DNA from: Actinomycetes bacterium
Lineage (GTDB): Bacteria > Actinomycetota > Actinomycetes > Nanopelagicales > Nanopelagicaceae
NCBI GenBank assembly: GCA_025355805.1
Contig: JANXYY010000070.1
Span: 1-50,152 of the forward strand
DNA: 50,152 nt
Direction of reading: 5' to 3'
Position numbers and translations under genes: made by a program. Shown piece after piece: positions 38,157 through 48,051 of this stretch (the first letter of the stretch is position 1; each line of letters opens with the position of its first letter). Below the pieces are notes generated by a model. It made no database searches and was not told the DNA's origin. It worked only from the letters and a program-made list of their open reading frames with translations.

Positions 38157-40612
38157 TGCGCGTCCCACTTTCCTGGCTCCGCGAACTCGTAACGGTGCCT
38201 GAACCATTTGGAGCACGTGAAATTGCTGATGCGCTCGTGCGCCAGGGTTTAGAAATTGAAGGTGTCGAATTTTTCGGAAGTGACCTCGTTGGCGAACTCG
38301 TCGTAGCGCGGGTTCTATCCATCGAAGAGTTGACGGAATTCAAAAAACCAATTCGTTGGGTGAGTCTTGATGCCGGAGAGAAGGATGTCAGGTGGGTAAT
38401 TTGTGGCGCCCAAAATTTTGCGGTCGGTGATTTAGTAGTCGTCGTCAAACCTGGTTCGATCCTGCCCGGTGAATTTAAGGTGACTTCCCGAGAGACTTAT
38501 GGGCACGTTAGCGACGGGATGATCTGTTCTGCCCGCGAGATGGGCATGGGCGATGATCACACCGGCATCGTCGTTCTACCTCCCGGGGTAGCCCCGCTTG
38601 GGTTCGACGCAATTGAACTACTCGGATTACGCGATGCTGTTATTGACGTCGCGGTTACACCTGACCGAGGTTATGCACTATCTATGCGCGGTATCGCCCG
38701 TGAGGTTGCAACTGCTTTCCAGGTCCCGTTTAGCGACCCAGTTTTCGCGATTAATTCTGGTATCACGGCCGTCGACGAATTGCTGGGTTCCGTTGAGGAT
38801 GCGATGGATGTCGACAGGATCGTATTGCGGAGCGTTACCGGAGTTGACACGTCGTTGCAGTCACCTATTTGGATGCAACGCAGGCTTGCACTTGCTGGCA
38901 TGCGTTCTATTTCCTTAGCCGTAGACATCACAAATTACGTAATGTTGGAGCTTGGCCAACCATTGCACGCCTTCGATAGTGGAAAAGTGAAAGGCGGAAT
39001 TCGAGTTCGTCGAGCACACGCCAATGAGTCGCTTGAAACCTTAGATCACGTAACTCGAAAACTGAATAATGATGATTTGGTGATTGCTGATTCATCGGGT
39101 CCCCTTGCTCTTGCAGGAACGATGGGTGGACTCAACTCCGAGATCGATTCATCCTCCACCGAAATCATTATTGAGGCGGCGCACTTCACACCCGAGCTCA
39201 TCGCAAGGATGTCAAGGAGGCACAAACTCTCATCCGAGGCCTCGCGCAGATTCGAGCGAGGAGTGGACCATGATCTAGCGCTAGCGGCAAGTGCTCGCGC
39301 GGCGAATTTATTTTGCGAGATCGGTGGCGCCCAAATTGTTTCGGCGATTGACATCGATAACCGAGTACCGCTATCCGCCATTACCTTCAATCCCAGTTTT
39401 CCAACCAGGTTGGTCGGACATCCTTATTCGGCTGACGTGGTGGATCAACGTCTCACGGACGTCGGTTGTACGATCGAAAAAAGCGTGGAGACCTGGTTGG
39501 TGAAGGCGCCATCGTGGCGACCTGATCTCACCTTGGCTGAAGATCTCGTAGAGGAAGTCGCTCGCCTAGAAGGTTATGACGCGATCCCTTCGATTCTTCC
39601 GCCAGCTCCAGCGAGTCGCGGTTTGACTCCAACGCAGAGGACGCGCAGGGGAGTTGGAATTGCGCTGGCGGGCGAAGGGTTTGTTGAAGTCTTGTCTTAT
39701 CCCTTTATCGGTGAGAATGATTTGGCGGCATTGGGGATCGTTGAAAACGATTATCGGCTTATCGCAATACGGTTAGCCAATCCAATGTCTGACGCCGCGC
39801 CGTTGATGCGCACAACTTTGTTGCCTGGATTGATCGCCGCGTTGAAGAGAAACCTGAGTCGTGGCAATCGGAATTTGGCAATTTTTGAGATGGGATCAAT
39901 TTTTCTGGGCCGGCTCGATCAACTACCTCTTCCTAGACTTGGTGTTGATCGTGCACCCTCGCCTGCTGATTTAAACGCTCTAATGAGTCTGATCCCAGAA
40001 CAGCCACAGTACGTCGCTGGCCTATTGTGCGGCGAAGGTGAGTCGTCTTGGCGCGGATTACGAGCAGTGGACTGGAGTGACGGAATTGCTGCGGCGCAAG
40101 CCGTAGCCCGCGCGGCAGGTGCCACACTCTCAATCCGCACTGGTTCGCTAGCGCCTTGGCATCCGGGCCGCTGTGCCGAGCTCTGGTACGGAGATCAAGT
40201 GGTTGGTCACGCAGGCGAATTACACCCACGCGTCGTCACGCGGCTTGATCTACCACCGCGATCGGTCGCCTTTGAACTTAACCTCGATGCTCTCGGAAAC
40301 CCCACTCCAGTGCATTCCCCGGAAATCTCCGTTTCTCCGCCAGCAATACAAGATGTGGCACTAATCGTTGATTCAAGTGTCGCCGCATCAGATATCACCA
40401 CTGCGCTGCTTGCCGGCGGAGGGCCACTGCTTGAATCCGCGGCGCTCTTCGACGTTTACGAGGGCGCTCAGGTGGGCAAGGGCCGAAAATCGCTTGCGTT
40501 CACTCTCACCTTTCGAGCCCCGGATCGAACCCTCACCGCGATTGAAGCCGCCGTCGCACGCGAGGGCGCGGTTACCGCGGCAGGAACCCTCGGTGCCGAA
40601 CTTCGAGGCTAA
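38156..40612 (+). CDS. pheT: Phenylalanine--tRNA ligase beta subunit
   Basis: An 818-aa ORF beginning MRVPLSWLRE, with tRNA-binding, B3/4, B5 and C-terminal FDX-ACB domains evident. Its ATG shares one nt with the pheS stop. Confidence 0.93.
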   Translation: MRVPLSWLRELVTVPEPFGAREIADALVRQGLEIEGVEFFGSDLVGELVVARVLSIEELTEFKKPIRWVSLDAGEKDVRWVICGAQNFAVGDLVVVVKPGSILPGEFKVTSRETYGHVSDGMICSAREMGMGDDHTGIVVLPPGVAPLGFDAIELLGLRDAVIDVAVTPDRGYALSMRGIAREVATAFQVPFSDPVFAINSGITAVDELLGSVEDAMDVDRIVLRSVTGVDTSLQSPIWMQRRLALAGMRSISLAVDITNYVMLELGQPLHAFDSGKVKGGIRVRRAHANESLETLDHVTRKLNNDDLVIADSSGPLALAGTMGGLNSEIDSSSTEIIIEAAHFTPELIARMSRRHKLSSEASRRFERGVDHDLALAASARAANLFCEIGGAQIVSAIDIDNRVPLSAITFNPSFPTRLVGHPYSADVVDQRLTDVGCTIEKSVETWLVKAPSWRPDLTLAEDLVEEVARLEGYDAIPSILPPAPASRGLTPTQRTRRGVGIALAGEGFVEVLSYPFIGENDLAALGIVENDYRLIAIRLANPMSDAAPLMRTTLLPGLIAALKRNLSRGNRNLAIFEMGSIFLGRLDQLPLPRLGVDRAPSPADLNALMSLIPEQPQYVAGLLCGEGESSWRGLRAVDWSDGIAAAQAVARAAGATLSIRTGSLAPWHPGRCAELWYGDQVVGHAGELHPRVVTRLDLPPRSVAFELNLDALGNPTPVHSPEISVSPPAIQDVALIVDSSVAASDITTALLAGGGPLLESAALFDVYEGAQVGKGRKSLAFTLTFRAPDRTLTAIEAAVAREGAVTAAGTLGAELRG

Positions 40613-40620
40613 ACAGAAGG

Positions 40621-40660
40621 CATAAATATACATTCGTGACTAAATAGATGTATATTTATG
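40621..40660. promoter_or_regulatory. Candidate ArgR operator (tandem ARG-box region) overlapping a candidate argC promoter
   Basis: A perfect 13-bp inverted repeat: CATAAATATACAT (40621-40633) and ATGTATATTTATG (40648-40660), separated by 14 nt. It lies in a strongly AT-rich 45-nt gap directly upstream of and overlapping the argC start. TATACA-N18-TATATT fits a -35/-10 pair. Confidence 0.5.
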
Positions 40661-41692
40661 CGTATGACAGTGCGGGCAGCGGTTGCCGGGGCGAGCGGCT
40701 ATGCGGGGGGCGAGTTACTCCGCATCCTAAGCGGCCATCCAGATTTTGAAGTCGGTGCCATCACGGCCGCACAGAGCGCAGGAACGCGGCTGGGCGATGT
40801 TCATCCGCAGTTGTGGTCCCTTCGCGATCGATGCATCGAGGTAACTTCGGTGGCTAACTTGGAAGACGCGGACGTAGTTTTCCTGGCCTTGCCTCATGGT
40901 GAATCCGCAAAGTTGGTACGCGAACTCGAAGGTGTGCGATTAATCGTCGATTTGGGCGCCGATTTTCGATTAGGCAGTCCGGAAAGTTGGCAGCAGTTTT
41001 ATGGTGGTGATTATTCGGGGCAATGGACCTACGGACTACCTGAGTTAGCGGGTGCTCGCGCGAAGATCGCTAAAAGTTCCCGAATCGCTAATCCGGGTTG
41101 TTATGCCACGAGTGCCATTCTTGGTTTGGCTCCGCTGCTTGTCGACGATTTGATCGAGCCGAAAGACATCGTCATAGTGGCAGCATCCGGCACCTCTGGA
41201 GCCGGGCGCGCGATCAAATCACAACTCATGGGCAGCGAAGTTATGAATTCGATGTCCACTTACAAAGTCGGGGGAGTGCATCAGCACACACCAGAAATCG
41301 AGGAGATGTTGGGACGAGTGGCCGGGACACAAATCGGCATTTCATTTACGCCACTCTTAGCCCCAATGCCCAGAGGGATTATCGCGACATTAACTGCCAC
41401 GGTTAAGGGCGCTAAATCCGCCGATATTCAACGTTCGCTCAGCAATGCTTACGCGGATGAATCTTTTGTTCACTTTTTGCCCGACGGGATCTGGCCAATT
41501 ACCGCCTCGACGTTCGGAAGCAATTCGGTTCAGATGCAAGCGGTGGTCGACGAACGCGCCGGGCGTGCAATTATCACCGTGGTGCTCGACAACTTAGTTA
41601 AGGGCGCAGCAGGTCAGGCGATTCAAAATGCAAATATTGCCTTGGGCTTTTTGGAGACAGCGGGATTATCAGCCGAGGGAATAGCGCCATGA
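40658..41692 (+). CDS. argC: N-acetyl-gamma-glutamyl-phosphate reductase
   Basis: A 344-aa ORF with AVAGASGYAGGELLR and the active-site NPGCYAT. The start could be ATG 40658, ATG 40664 or GTG 40670. Confidence 0.92.
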   Translation: MRMTVRAAVAGASGYAGGELLRILSGHPDFEVGAITAAQSAGTRLGDVHPQLWSLRDRCIEVTSVANLEDADVVFLALPHGESAKLVRELEGVRLIVDLGADFRLGSPESWQQFYGGDYSGQWTYGLPELAGARAKIAKSSRIANPGCYATSAILGLAPLLVDDLIEPKDIVIVAASGTSGAGRAIKSQLMGSEVMNSMSTYKVGGVHQHTPEIEEMLGRVAGTQIGISFTPLLAPMPRGIIATLTATVKGAKSADIQRSLSNAYADESFVHFLPDGIWPITASTFGSNSVQMQAVVDERAGRAIITVVLDNLVKGAAGQAIQNANIALGFLETAGLSAEGIAP

Positions 41693-42840
41693 GCGTCACT
41701 TTTCCGAAAGGTTTTCTGGCAGCTGGGATTTCAGCTGGACTAAAATCAAGCGGCGCTAAAGATTTAGCGCTCGTAGTGAACAGCGGACCATTAAAAAGTG
41801 CTGCGGCCCGCTTCACAAGCAATCGAGTCAAAGCAGCCCCAGTGCTCTGGAGCGAGCAAGTGCTCAAGGACGGGCGAGTTGATGCCGTCATTCTCAATTC
41901 GGGTGGTGCCAACGCGTGTACCGGGAACGAAGGATTTCTCGACGTTCATCGCACCGCCGAATTTGTCTCCGATTTGCTTGGCGTAAGCGCGACCGACATT
42001 GCTGTCTGCTCAACTGGACTCATCGGTGTTCGCCTTCCGATGGATCGCATCATTCATGGAGCGAGCCTGGCGCACGGCGAGCTCAGTCGGACCGGGGGTC
42101 TTGATGCAGCTCTCGCGATCATGACAACTGACACGGTTTCCAAAACGTTCGAAATTGAAAGTGATGGAGTTCGAGTGGCTGGAATGGTGAAAGGTGCTGG
42201 GATGTTGGCTCCTTCGCTGGCGACAATGTTGGCCGTTATCACCACCGACGCCATGGTGGACCCAAAAGTTCTAGATGGAATCCTCGGGGAAGTGGTTGAA
42301 CACACTTTCAATCGGATTGATTCCGATGGTTGCACCTCAACCAATGACACGGTTCTACTTCTGGCTTCTGGTGCTAGTGCTATTGAGATGCCCGAACGTC
42401 AACTCCGAGAGATGGTTTCTACCGTCTGTCAAAATCTTGCACGTCAACTCGTGACGGATGCCGAAGGGGCAAGCAAAGAAGTAGAGATTACGGTAATAAA
42501 TGCAGCGTCTGAGTCAGATGCCCTAGAAGTCGGTCGAGTGTGCGCTCGTAACAATCTCTTGAAATGCGCAATTCACGGAGAGGACCCAAATTGGGGTCGA
42601 GTTCTAGCGGCAGTCGGAACTACGAGTGCGGTTTTCGAACCCCAGCAGATCGATGTTTCAATCAACGGCATCACGCTTTGTCGGGGTGGCTCGATTGGCG
42701 ATGACCGGATCCTTGTGGATATGACGGGCCGGATAGTCGAAATCATTATCGATCTGAAGGCCGGAACGAGTTCTGCAACGATCTGGACGAATGATTTGAC
42801 GGCGGAGTACGTGCATGAGAATTCTGAGTATTCGTCATGA
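41689..42840 (+). CDS. argJ: Bifunctional ornithine acetyltransferase / N-acetylglutamate synthase
   Basis: A 383-aa ORF with an autoproteolytic-site context (GAGMLAPSLATML, T nucleophile) and the C-terminal LTAEYVHENSEYSS. Confidence 0.92.
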   Translation: MSVTFPKGFLAAGISAGLKSSGAKDLALVVNSGPLKSAAARFTSNRVKAAPVLWSEQVLKDGRVDAVILNSGGANACTGNEGFLDVHRTAEFVSDLLGVSATDIAVCSTGLIGVRLPMDRIIHGASLAHGELSRTGGLDAALAIMTTDTVSKTFEIESDGVRVAGMVKGAGMLAPSLATMLAVITTDAMVDPKVLDGILGEVVEHTFNRIDSDGCTSTNDTVLLLASGASAIEMPERQLREMVSTVCQNLARQLVTDAEGASKEVEITVINAASESDALEVGRVCARNNLLKCAIHGEDPNWGRVLAAVGTTSAVFEPQQIDVSINGITLCRGGSIGDDRILVDMTGRIVEIIIDLKAGTSSATIWTNDLTAEYVHENSEYSS

Positions 42841-43658
42841 GCCTTGAGCGATTCCTTGGGCGAACGCTCGTCGTTAAATATGGTGGAAATGCGATGATCG
42901 ATTCTGCGCTGAAGGAGAGCTTCGCCTCTGATGTGGTGGCGCTGGCTCGAAACGGAATTCATATAGTTGTAGTTCACGGCGGTGGACCACAGATTAATGA
43001 AATGCTCATGAAACTATCGATCGAAGTCGTATTTGCTGGTGGCTTCCGAGTTACGGATGCACAAACTATGTCGGTAGTTGAGATGGTATTGAGTGGTGTC
43101 GTGCAGCCCGAGATCGTTGGTCTGATCAATCACGCCGGCGGGAATGCGGTGGGGCTTTCAGGAATCGATGGAAATCTTCTGGTTTGTGAACGACGCGACG
43201 TGATGGTCGAAGGTAAGCCTACGAATATTGGGTTAGTGGGTGATGTTGTACGGGTAAATCCGGGGATCCTTCAAAACCTACTAAATGCTTCATACGTTCC
43301 AGTAGTTTCCTCTTTTGGTAACGACAAGTCAGGTCGGACCCTAAATGTGAACGCCGATACCGCAGCCGGATCCATCGCTGGCGCGTTGACGGCTGATGCA
43401 CTTGTTATGTTGACGGATGTTGCCGGTCTGTACGCCGATTGGCCCGCTACTTCAACGGTTATTCCTCAATTGAGCGCCGAGGCCCTGCGCGAACTTCTGC
43501 CCTCTCTAACCAGCGGCATGGTTCCGAAGATGGAAGGCTGTTTGAGAGCGCTCGACTTAGGTGCTAAAGAAGTGCTGGTGATTGATGGACGCGTTCATCA
43601 CGGGTTGTTTGCCGCGCTCGAGGCATCGGATTTCCTCGGTACTCGGGTCCTGCCATGA
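42837..43658 (+). CDS. argB: Acetylglutamate kinase
   Basis: A 273-aa amino-acid-kinase fold with VVKYGGNAM, VVVHGGGPQI and NVNADTAAG. Confidence 0.92.
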   Translation: MSLERFLGRTLVVKYGGNAMIDSALKESFASDVVALARNGIHIVVVHGGGPQINEMLMKLSIEVVFAGGFRVTDAQTMSVVEMVLSGVVQPEIVGLINHAGGNAVGLSGIDGNLLVCERRDVMVEGKPTNIGLVGDVVRVNPGILQNLLNASYVPVVSSFGNDKSGRTLNVNADTAAGSIAGALTADALVMLTDVAGLYADWPATSTVIPQLSAEALRELLPSLTSGMVPKMEGCLRALDLGAKEVLVIDGRVHHGLFAALEASDFLGTRVLP

Positions 43659-44842
43659 TTGACGAGAGCGGCCAGACGGACGCGCTCCTTGCGCACTGGC
43701 GTGAGTTGATGCAATCCAATTACGGAGTGCCACGGATTGCTCTAGTGAGCGGCTCGGGTGCCGAAGTGGTAGATGCTGAAGGTCGTAAATACACCGATTT
43801 TCTCGGTGGAATCGCCACAAATGTCCTGGGGCACGCAAACCCAGAAATAGTGGCCGCAGTTTCTACGCAGATTCGACAATTGGGGCACGTGAGCAATCTT
43901 TACGCCCACCCGAAAGCACTGTCGCTGGCCGCCAAGCTTCGACGATTATCAGGTGACGATTCTGCTCGAATCTTTTTTTGTAACTCAGGAGCCGAAGCAA
44001 ACGAAGCTGCATTTAAACTTTCTAGGCTCACTGGCCGCACCAAAGTGATCGCCATGCACGGCGCCTTTCATGGAAGGACAATGGGCGCACTCGCCCTCAC
44101 TGGGCAACCAAGCAAAGCGGATCCATTCCGCCCTCTGCCGACGGGAGTAGTTCATGTCCCGTTTGGGGATTTGGCCGCAGTTGCCGAGTTGATCGACGAC
44201 GAAACTGCAATGGTGATGGTGGAACCAATCCAGGGCGAAGCCGGCGTGGTTACTCCACCTCCTGGATATCTAGTCGGACTTCGCGAATTAACAATGAGAT
44301 TCGGGGTGCTCCTAGCGTTGGATGAAGTCCAAAGTGGGATGGGACGAACCGGAACTTGGTTCGCCCATCAGGCGGACGGAATTTCACCGGACATAATCAC
44401 CATGGCAAAAGGTCTTGGCGGCGGATTACCGCTCGGAGCGATGTTGGCACTTGGTTCGGCGTCTGGATTTTTTCAACCCGGTTCACATGGTTCAACCTTC
44501 GGTGGGAATCCAGTTGCCTGCGCCGCAGGGTTGGCCACAATCGAGGTGATCGAACGTGACGGAATGCTGGAAAACAACGCGTCTCTCGGGAAATATCTGG
44601 CAACCGAACTGAGTCACCTTAATCAAGTCGAGGAGGTGCGGGGCCGTGGCCTGCTCATCGGAATCGGTTTTAGGACCGAGATCGCCTACCAAGTTCAACT
44701 ACTGCTTGAAGAGCGAGGGTTCTTGTCAAATGCGGCTAGTGCTTACACGCTTCGATTGGCACCTCCCTATGTCATCACTGAAGCCGATATTGACCGCTTT
44801 GTCGCGACGTTGGCAGAAATCCTAAAGGAGACGACGCTATGA
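43655..44842 (+). CDS. argD: Acetylornithine aminotransferase
   Basis: A 395-aa class III aminotransferase with NSGAEANEAA, DEVQSGMGRTG and PDIITMAKGLGGG (PLP Lys). Confidence 0.92.
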   Translation: MIDESGQTDALLAHWRELMQSNYGVPRIALVSGSGAEVVDAEGRKYTDFLGGIATNVLGHANPEIVAAVSTQIRQLGHVSNLYAHPKALSLAAKLRRLSGDDSARIFFCNSGAEANEAAFKLSRLTGRTKVIAMHGAFHGRTMGALALTGQPSKADPFRPLPTGVVHVPFGDLAAVAELIDDETAMVMVEPIQGEAGVVTPPPGYLVGLRELTMRFGVLLALDEVQSGMGRTGTWFAHQADGISPDIITMAKGLGGGLPLGAMLALGSASGFFQPGSHGSTFGGNPVACAAGLATIEVIERDGMLENNASLGKYLATELSHLNQVEEVRGRGLLIGIGFRTEIAYQVQLLLEERGFLSNAASAYTLRLAPPYVITEADIDRFVATLAEILKETTL

Positions 44843-45414
44843 CTGCGCTCCCAAGAACATCGCCTCGGACCAAAGCGGCACGCCGAGAATTAATCATGGA
44901 TTTATTGGTCTCCGGCGAAATTCGATCACAGGTCGAATTGACCCAAATCTTGATAAAAAGAGGTTTCTTGGTAACTCAGGCAACCGTCAGTCGCGATTTA
45001 GAAGATCTTGGTGCCACCAAAATCAGGAATGAAACTGGCTCGCTGACTTACGGGATTTCGCCCAGTCGCCCACACCTGGAAGACCCGATCAATCGGGTTA
45101 TTCGAGTTGCCCAAGACCTTCTCATCTCGGCGGAGGCCAGCGCAAACTTGGTGGTGCTGCGCACACCTCCCGGCGGTGCACACCTGTTGGCGAGTGCACT
45201 GGATCAAGCAATTACAACATTTGCCCTGCCAGAATTGCTTGGCACGGTTGCCGGAGATGACACTGTTCTAGTGATAACTCGAAAGCCCGAGGGTGGAGAA
45301 GCGGCTGCCGCGCAAATTCTTCGACTTTCTGAAGGTTTACTCAAAATAACTTCGGCTGACCAAAGACAAAAGAGCGAAATTCATGGAAAACAAGAAGAAG
45401 GGAAACGCTCGTGA
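44839..45414 (+). CDS. argR: Arginine repressor
   Basis: A 191-aa ORF with the N-terminal wHTH ([29 protein letters not shown]) and the C-terminal oligomerisation/arginine-binding motif [11 protein letters not shown]. An extra charged tail of about 25 aa is present. Confidence 0.9.
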   Translation: MTALPRTSPRTKAARRELIMDLLVSGEIRSQVELTQILIKRGFLVTQATVSRDLEDLGATKIRNETGSLTYGISPSRPHLEDPINRVIRVAQDLLISAEASANLVVLRTPPGGAHLLASALDQAITTFALPELLGTVAGDDTVLVITRKPEGGEAAAAQILRLSEGLLKITSADQRQKSEIHGKQEEGKRS

Positions 45415-46622
45415 AAGAGCGCATTGTTCTCGCATACAGTGGCGGTTTGGATACGTCAGTCGCAATCGGATGGATCGGCAAGGAGACCGGAGCAGAGGTT
45501 ATCGCTGTTGCCGTTGACGTCGGTCAAAACGGCGAGGACCTCGAGGTAATTCGAAAGCGAGCTCTTGCTTGCGGTGCTATTGAGGCTGAAGTTGCCGATG
45601 CACGCCATGAGTTTGCCAATGAATATTGCTTGCCTGCCCTGAAAGCGAATGCGCTTTACATGGATCGATATCCACTTGTTTCGGCCATCTCGCGCCCGTT
45701 AATTGTCAAGCACCTGGTGGCGGCTGCTAGGAAGCATGGAGCTTCGCGAGTTGCGCATGGCTGCACTGGTAAAGGTAATGACCAAGTGCGGTTCGAAGTG
45801 GGTACGGGTGCGCTAGCGCCAGATCTCACGTCTTATGCGCCGGTACGCGATTCAGGCATGACCAGGGACCGCGCGATTGCTTTTGCCGAAAAGGCAGGCC
45901 TTCCGATTGATATCACGAAGAAGAATCCATTTTCGATTGATCAGAACGTTTGGGGTCGCGCCGTAGAGACGGGCTTCCTTGAAGACATCTGGAACGCACC
46001 AACTGAAAACGTATATGCCTATACCCAAGACCCGTCAATTGTTCGGGATCCTGACGAAGTTGTAATCACTTTCAAATCAGGCATTCCGATAGCCATTGAT
46101 GGCAAACCAGTAACGATGCTGGAAGCAATTCAGCAGATGAACCAACGAGCCGGAGCCCAGGGCATTGGCCGCATCGATATGGTCGAAGATCGCCTCGTTG
46201 GAATTAAAAGTCGTGAGGTATATGAAGCACCAGGGGCTTTAACGCTGATTACTGCGCATCAAGAACTGGAAAATGTCTGCGTGGAGCGTGAATTAGCGCG
46301 GTTCAAACGACAGGCTGAACAGCGTTGGGGTGAACTTGTTTACGACGGACTCTGGTTCTCTCCGCTCAAGAGCGCACTCGACACTTTTATGAACGAGGCC
46401 AACGAATTGGTCTCCGGCGAGATCCGGATGACATTGCATGCTGGACGCGCGATTGTTACTGGTCGCCGCAGTGAAACTTCGCTATACGACTTCGATCTTG
46501 CCACTTACGACGAAGGCGACACTTACGACCAGTCACTTGCAAAAGGTTTCGTAGATATTTGGGGAATGCCAAGTCGAATCGCAGCAGCTCGCGATCTACG
46601 CGTGGGCAAGTCGATGAAGTAA
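45411..46622 (+). CDS. argG: Argininosuccinate synthase
   Basis: A 403-aa ORF with [23 protein letters not shown] and [17 protein letters not shown]. Confidence 0.95.
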   Translation: MKERIVLAYSGGLDTSVAIGWIGKETGAEVIAVAVDVGQNGEDLEVIRKRALACGAIEAEVADARHEFANEYCLPALKANALYMDRYPLVSAISRPLIVKHLVAAARKHGASRVAHGCTGKGNDQVRFEVGTGALAPDLTSYAPVRDSGMTRDRAIAFAEKAGLPIDITKKNPFSIDQNVWGRAVETGFLEDIWNAPTENVYAYTQDPSIVRDPDEVVITFKSGIPIAIDGKPVTMLEAIQQMNQRAGAQGIGRIDMVEDRLVGIKSREVYEAPGALTLITAHQELENVCVERELARFKRQAEQRWGELVYDGLWFSPLKSALDTFMNEANELVSGEIRMTLHAGRAIVTGRRSETSLYDFDLATYDEGDTYDQSLAKGFVDIWGMPSRIAAARDLRVGKSMK

Positions 46623-48040
46623 TGACTGACATGCGACTTTGGGGTGGGCGGTTCGCCGGCCTTCCCGCCGATGCGATGGCTGCCCTGTCGGCGAGTGTTC
46701 ATTTCGATTGGCGACTGGCCAAATATGACCTACTCGCGTCCAAGGCCCATGCTCGAACATTACGCAATGCCAAACTGCTTGACGACCAAGAGTTAACTCG
46801 CATCCTTGATGCTCTCGAAGAACTCAGGATCGAAGTAGCTAACGGAGTTTTTCATCCTCTGATCAGTGATGAGGACGTGCACACCGCACTCGAGCGCGGT
46901 CTGGTGGAAAAATTGGGAGAACTCGGCGGCGCACTACGAGCCGGCAGGTCGCGCAACGATCAGGTGGCGACTGATTTACGGCTCTATTTGCGGGATGAAG
47001 TGCGGTCACTTGCAAGTTTGCTCCTTGGTCTGCAGGAGGCACTGCTTGCGCAAGCGAGTCAACATGCTGATTCCATCGCGCCAGGCTTTACGCATTTACA
47101 GCATGCGCAGCCAGTCTCATTTGGCCATGAACTCGCCAAACATATTCACGCCTTCGCACGAGATTTGTCGCGACTGCGCGATTGGGATAAACGCACGGAT
47201 TTCTCACCGCTTGGAGCGGGGGCGCTATCCGGATCCTCTCTCATCGATGACCCGCGGGGGACGGCTCGTGAACTTGGCTTTAGTGGAGCGATTGCGAATT
47301 CAATTGACGCCGTCAGTGATCGCGATTTCGTCGCAGAACTACTGTTCATCACATCCCTCATCGGAATCCATCTTTCGCGTATCGGTGAAGAATTTACGCT
47401 TTGGGCTTCAAGAGAATTCGGGTGGGTTACGTTAGCCGATTCGTATTCAACTGGTTCCTCGATCATGCCTCAGAAGAAGAACCCTGACGTCGCGGAATTG
47501 GCGCGTGGTAAAAGTGGTCGATTGGTCGGACATCTCACCGGATTTCTGGTGACCTTAAAAGGTTTGCCCTTTGCTTATAACCGAGATTTGCAAGAGGACA
47601 AAGAACCGATCTTCGATTCTCTTGATACCTTGCAGATCCTCCTACCCGCTGTTACCGGCATGATTGAAACCAGCCAATTTGATCGGGGAAGAATGGCTCG
47701 ATCTGCGCCTGAAGGCTTTGCTCTAGCAACCGAGATCGCCGACTGGCTTGTCCGTAAAGGCATGCCGTTCCGCAACGCCCATGAGGTTGCGGGGGAGTGC
47801 GTTCGATTCTGTGAAGCCAATGGAATCGAACTAGATCAATGCAGCGATGCGGAGCTCTCGTCGATAAACCCTCTCCTGACTGTCGAAGTCCGCGATGTGC
47901 TGACCGCAGAAGGTGCGGTTGCCTCTCGAACTGCTTTTGGTGGCACCGCACCAGTTCGCGTTCGCGAGCAGTTGGCCGACTTGGCGCGGGCCATGGGAAG
48001 CGATCGGGCTTGGGCTAATTCCGTCTCATCCGCTCACTAG
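46622..48040 (+). CDS. argH: Argininosuccinate lyase
   Basis: I moved the start to ATG 46622 (TAATG overlap with the argG stop), giving [11 protein letters not shown]. The fumarate-lyase signature [12 protein letters not shown] is present. The track ORF start at 46559 lies inside argG. Confidence 0.93.
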   Translation: MTDMRLWGGRFAGLPADAMAALSASVHFDWRLAKYDLLASKAHARTLRNAKLLDDQELTRILDALEELRIEVANGVFHPLISDEDVHTALERGLVEKLGELGGALRAGRSRNDQVATDLRLYLRDEVRSLASLLLGLQEALLAQASQHADSIAPGFTHLQHAQPVSFGHELAKHIHAFARDLSRLRDWDKRTDFSPLGAGALSGSSLIDDPRGTARELGFSGAIANSIDAVSDRDFVAELLFITSLIGIHLSRIGEEFTLWASREFGWVTLADSYSTGSSIMPQKKNPDVAELARGKSGRLVGHLTGFLVTLKGLPFAYNRDLQEDKEPIFDSLDTLQILLPAVTGMIETSQFDRGRMARSAPEGFALATEIADWLVRKGMPFRNAHEVAGECVRFCEANGIELDQCSDAELSSINPLLTVEVRDVLTAEGAVASRTAFGGTAPVRVREQLADLARAMGSDRAWANSVSSAH

Positions 48041-48051
48041 TTAGGGCAGAC

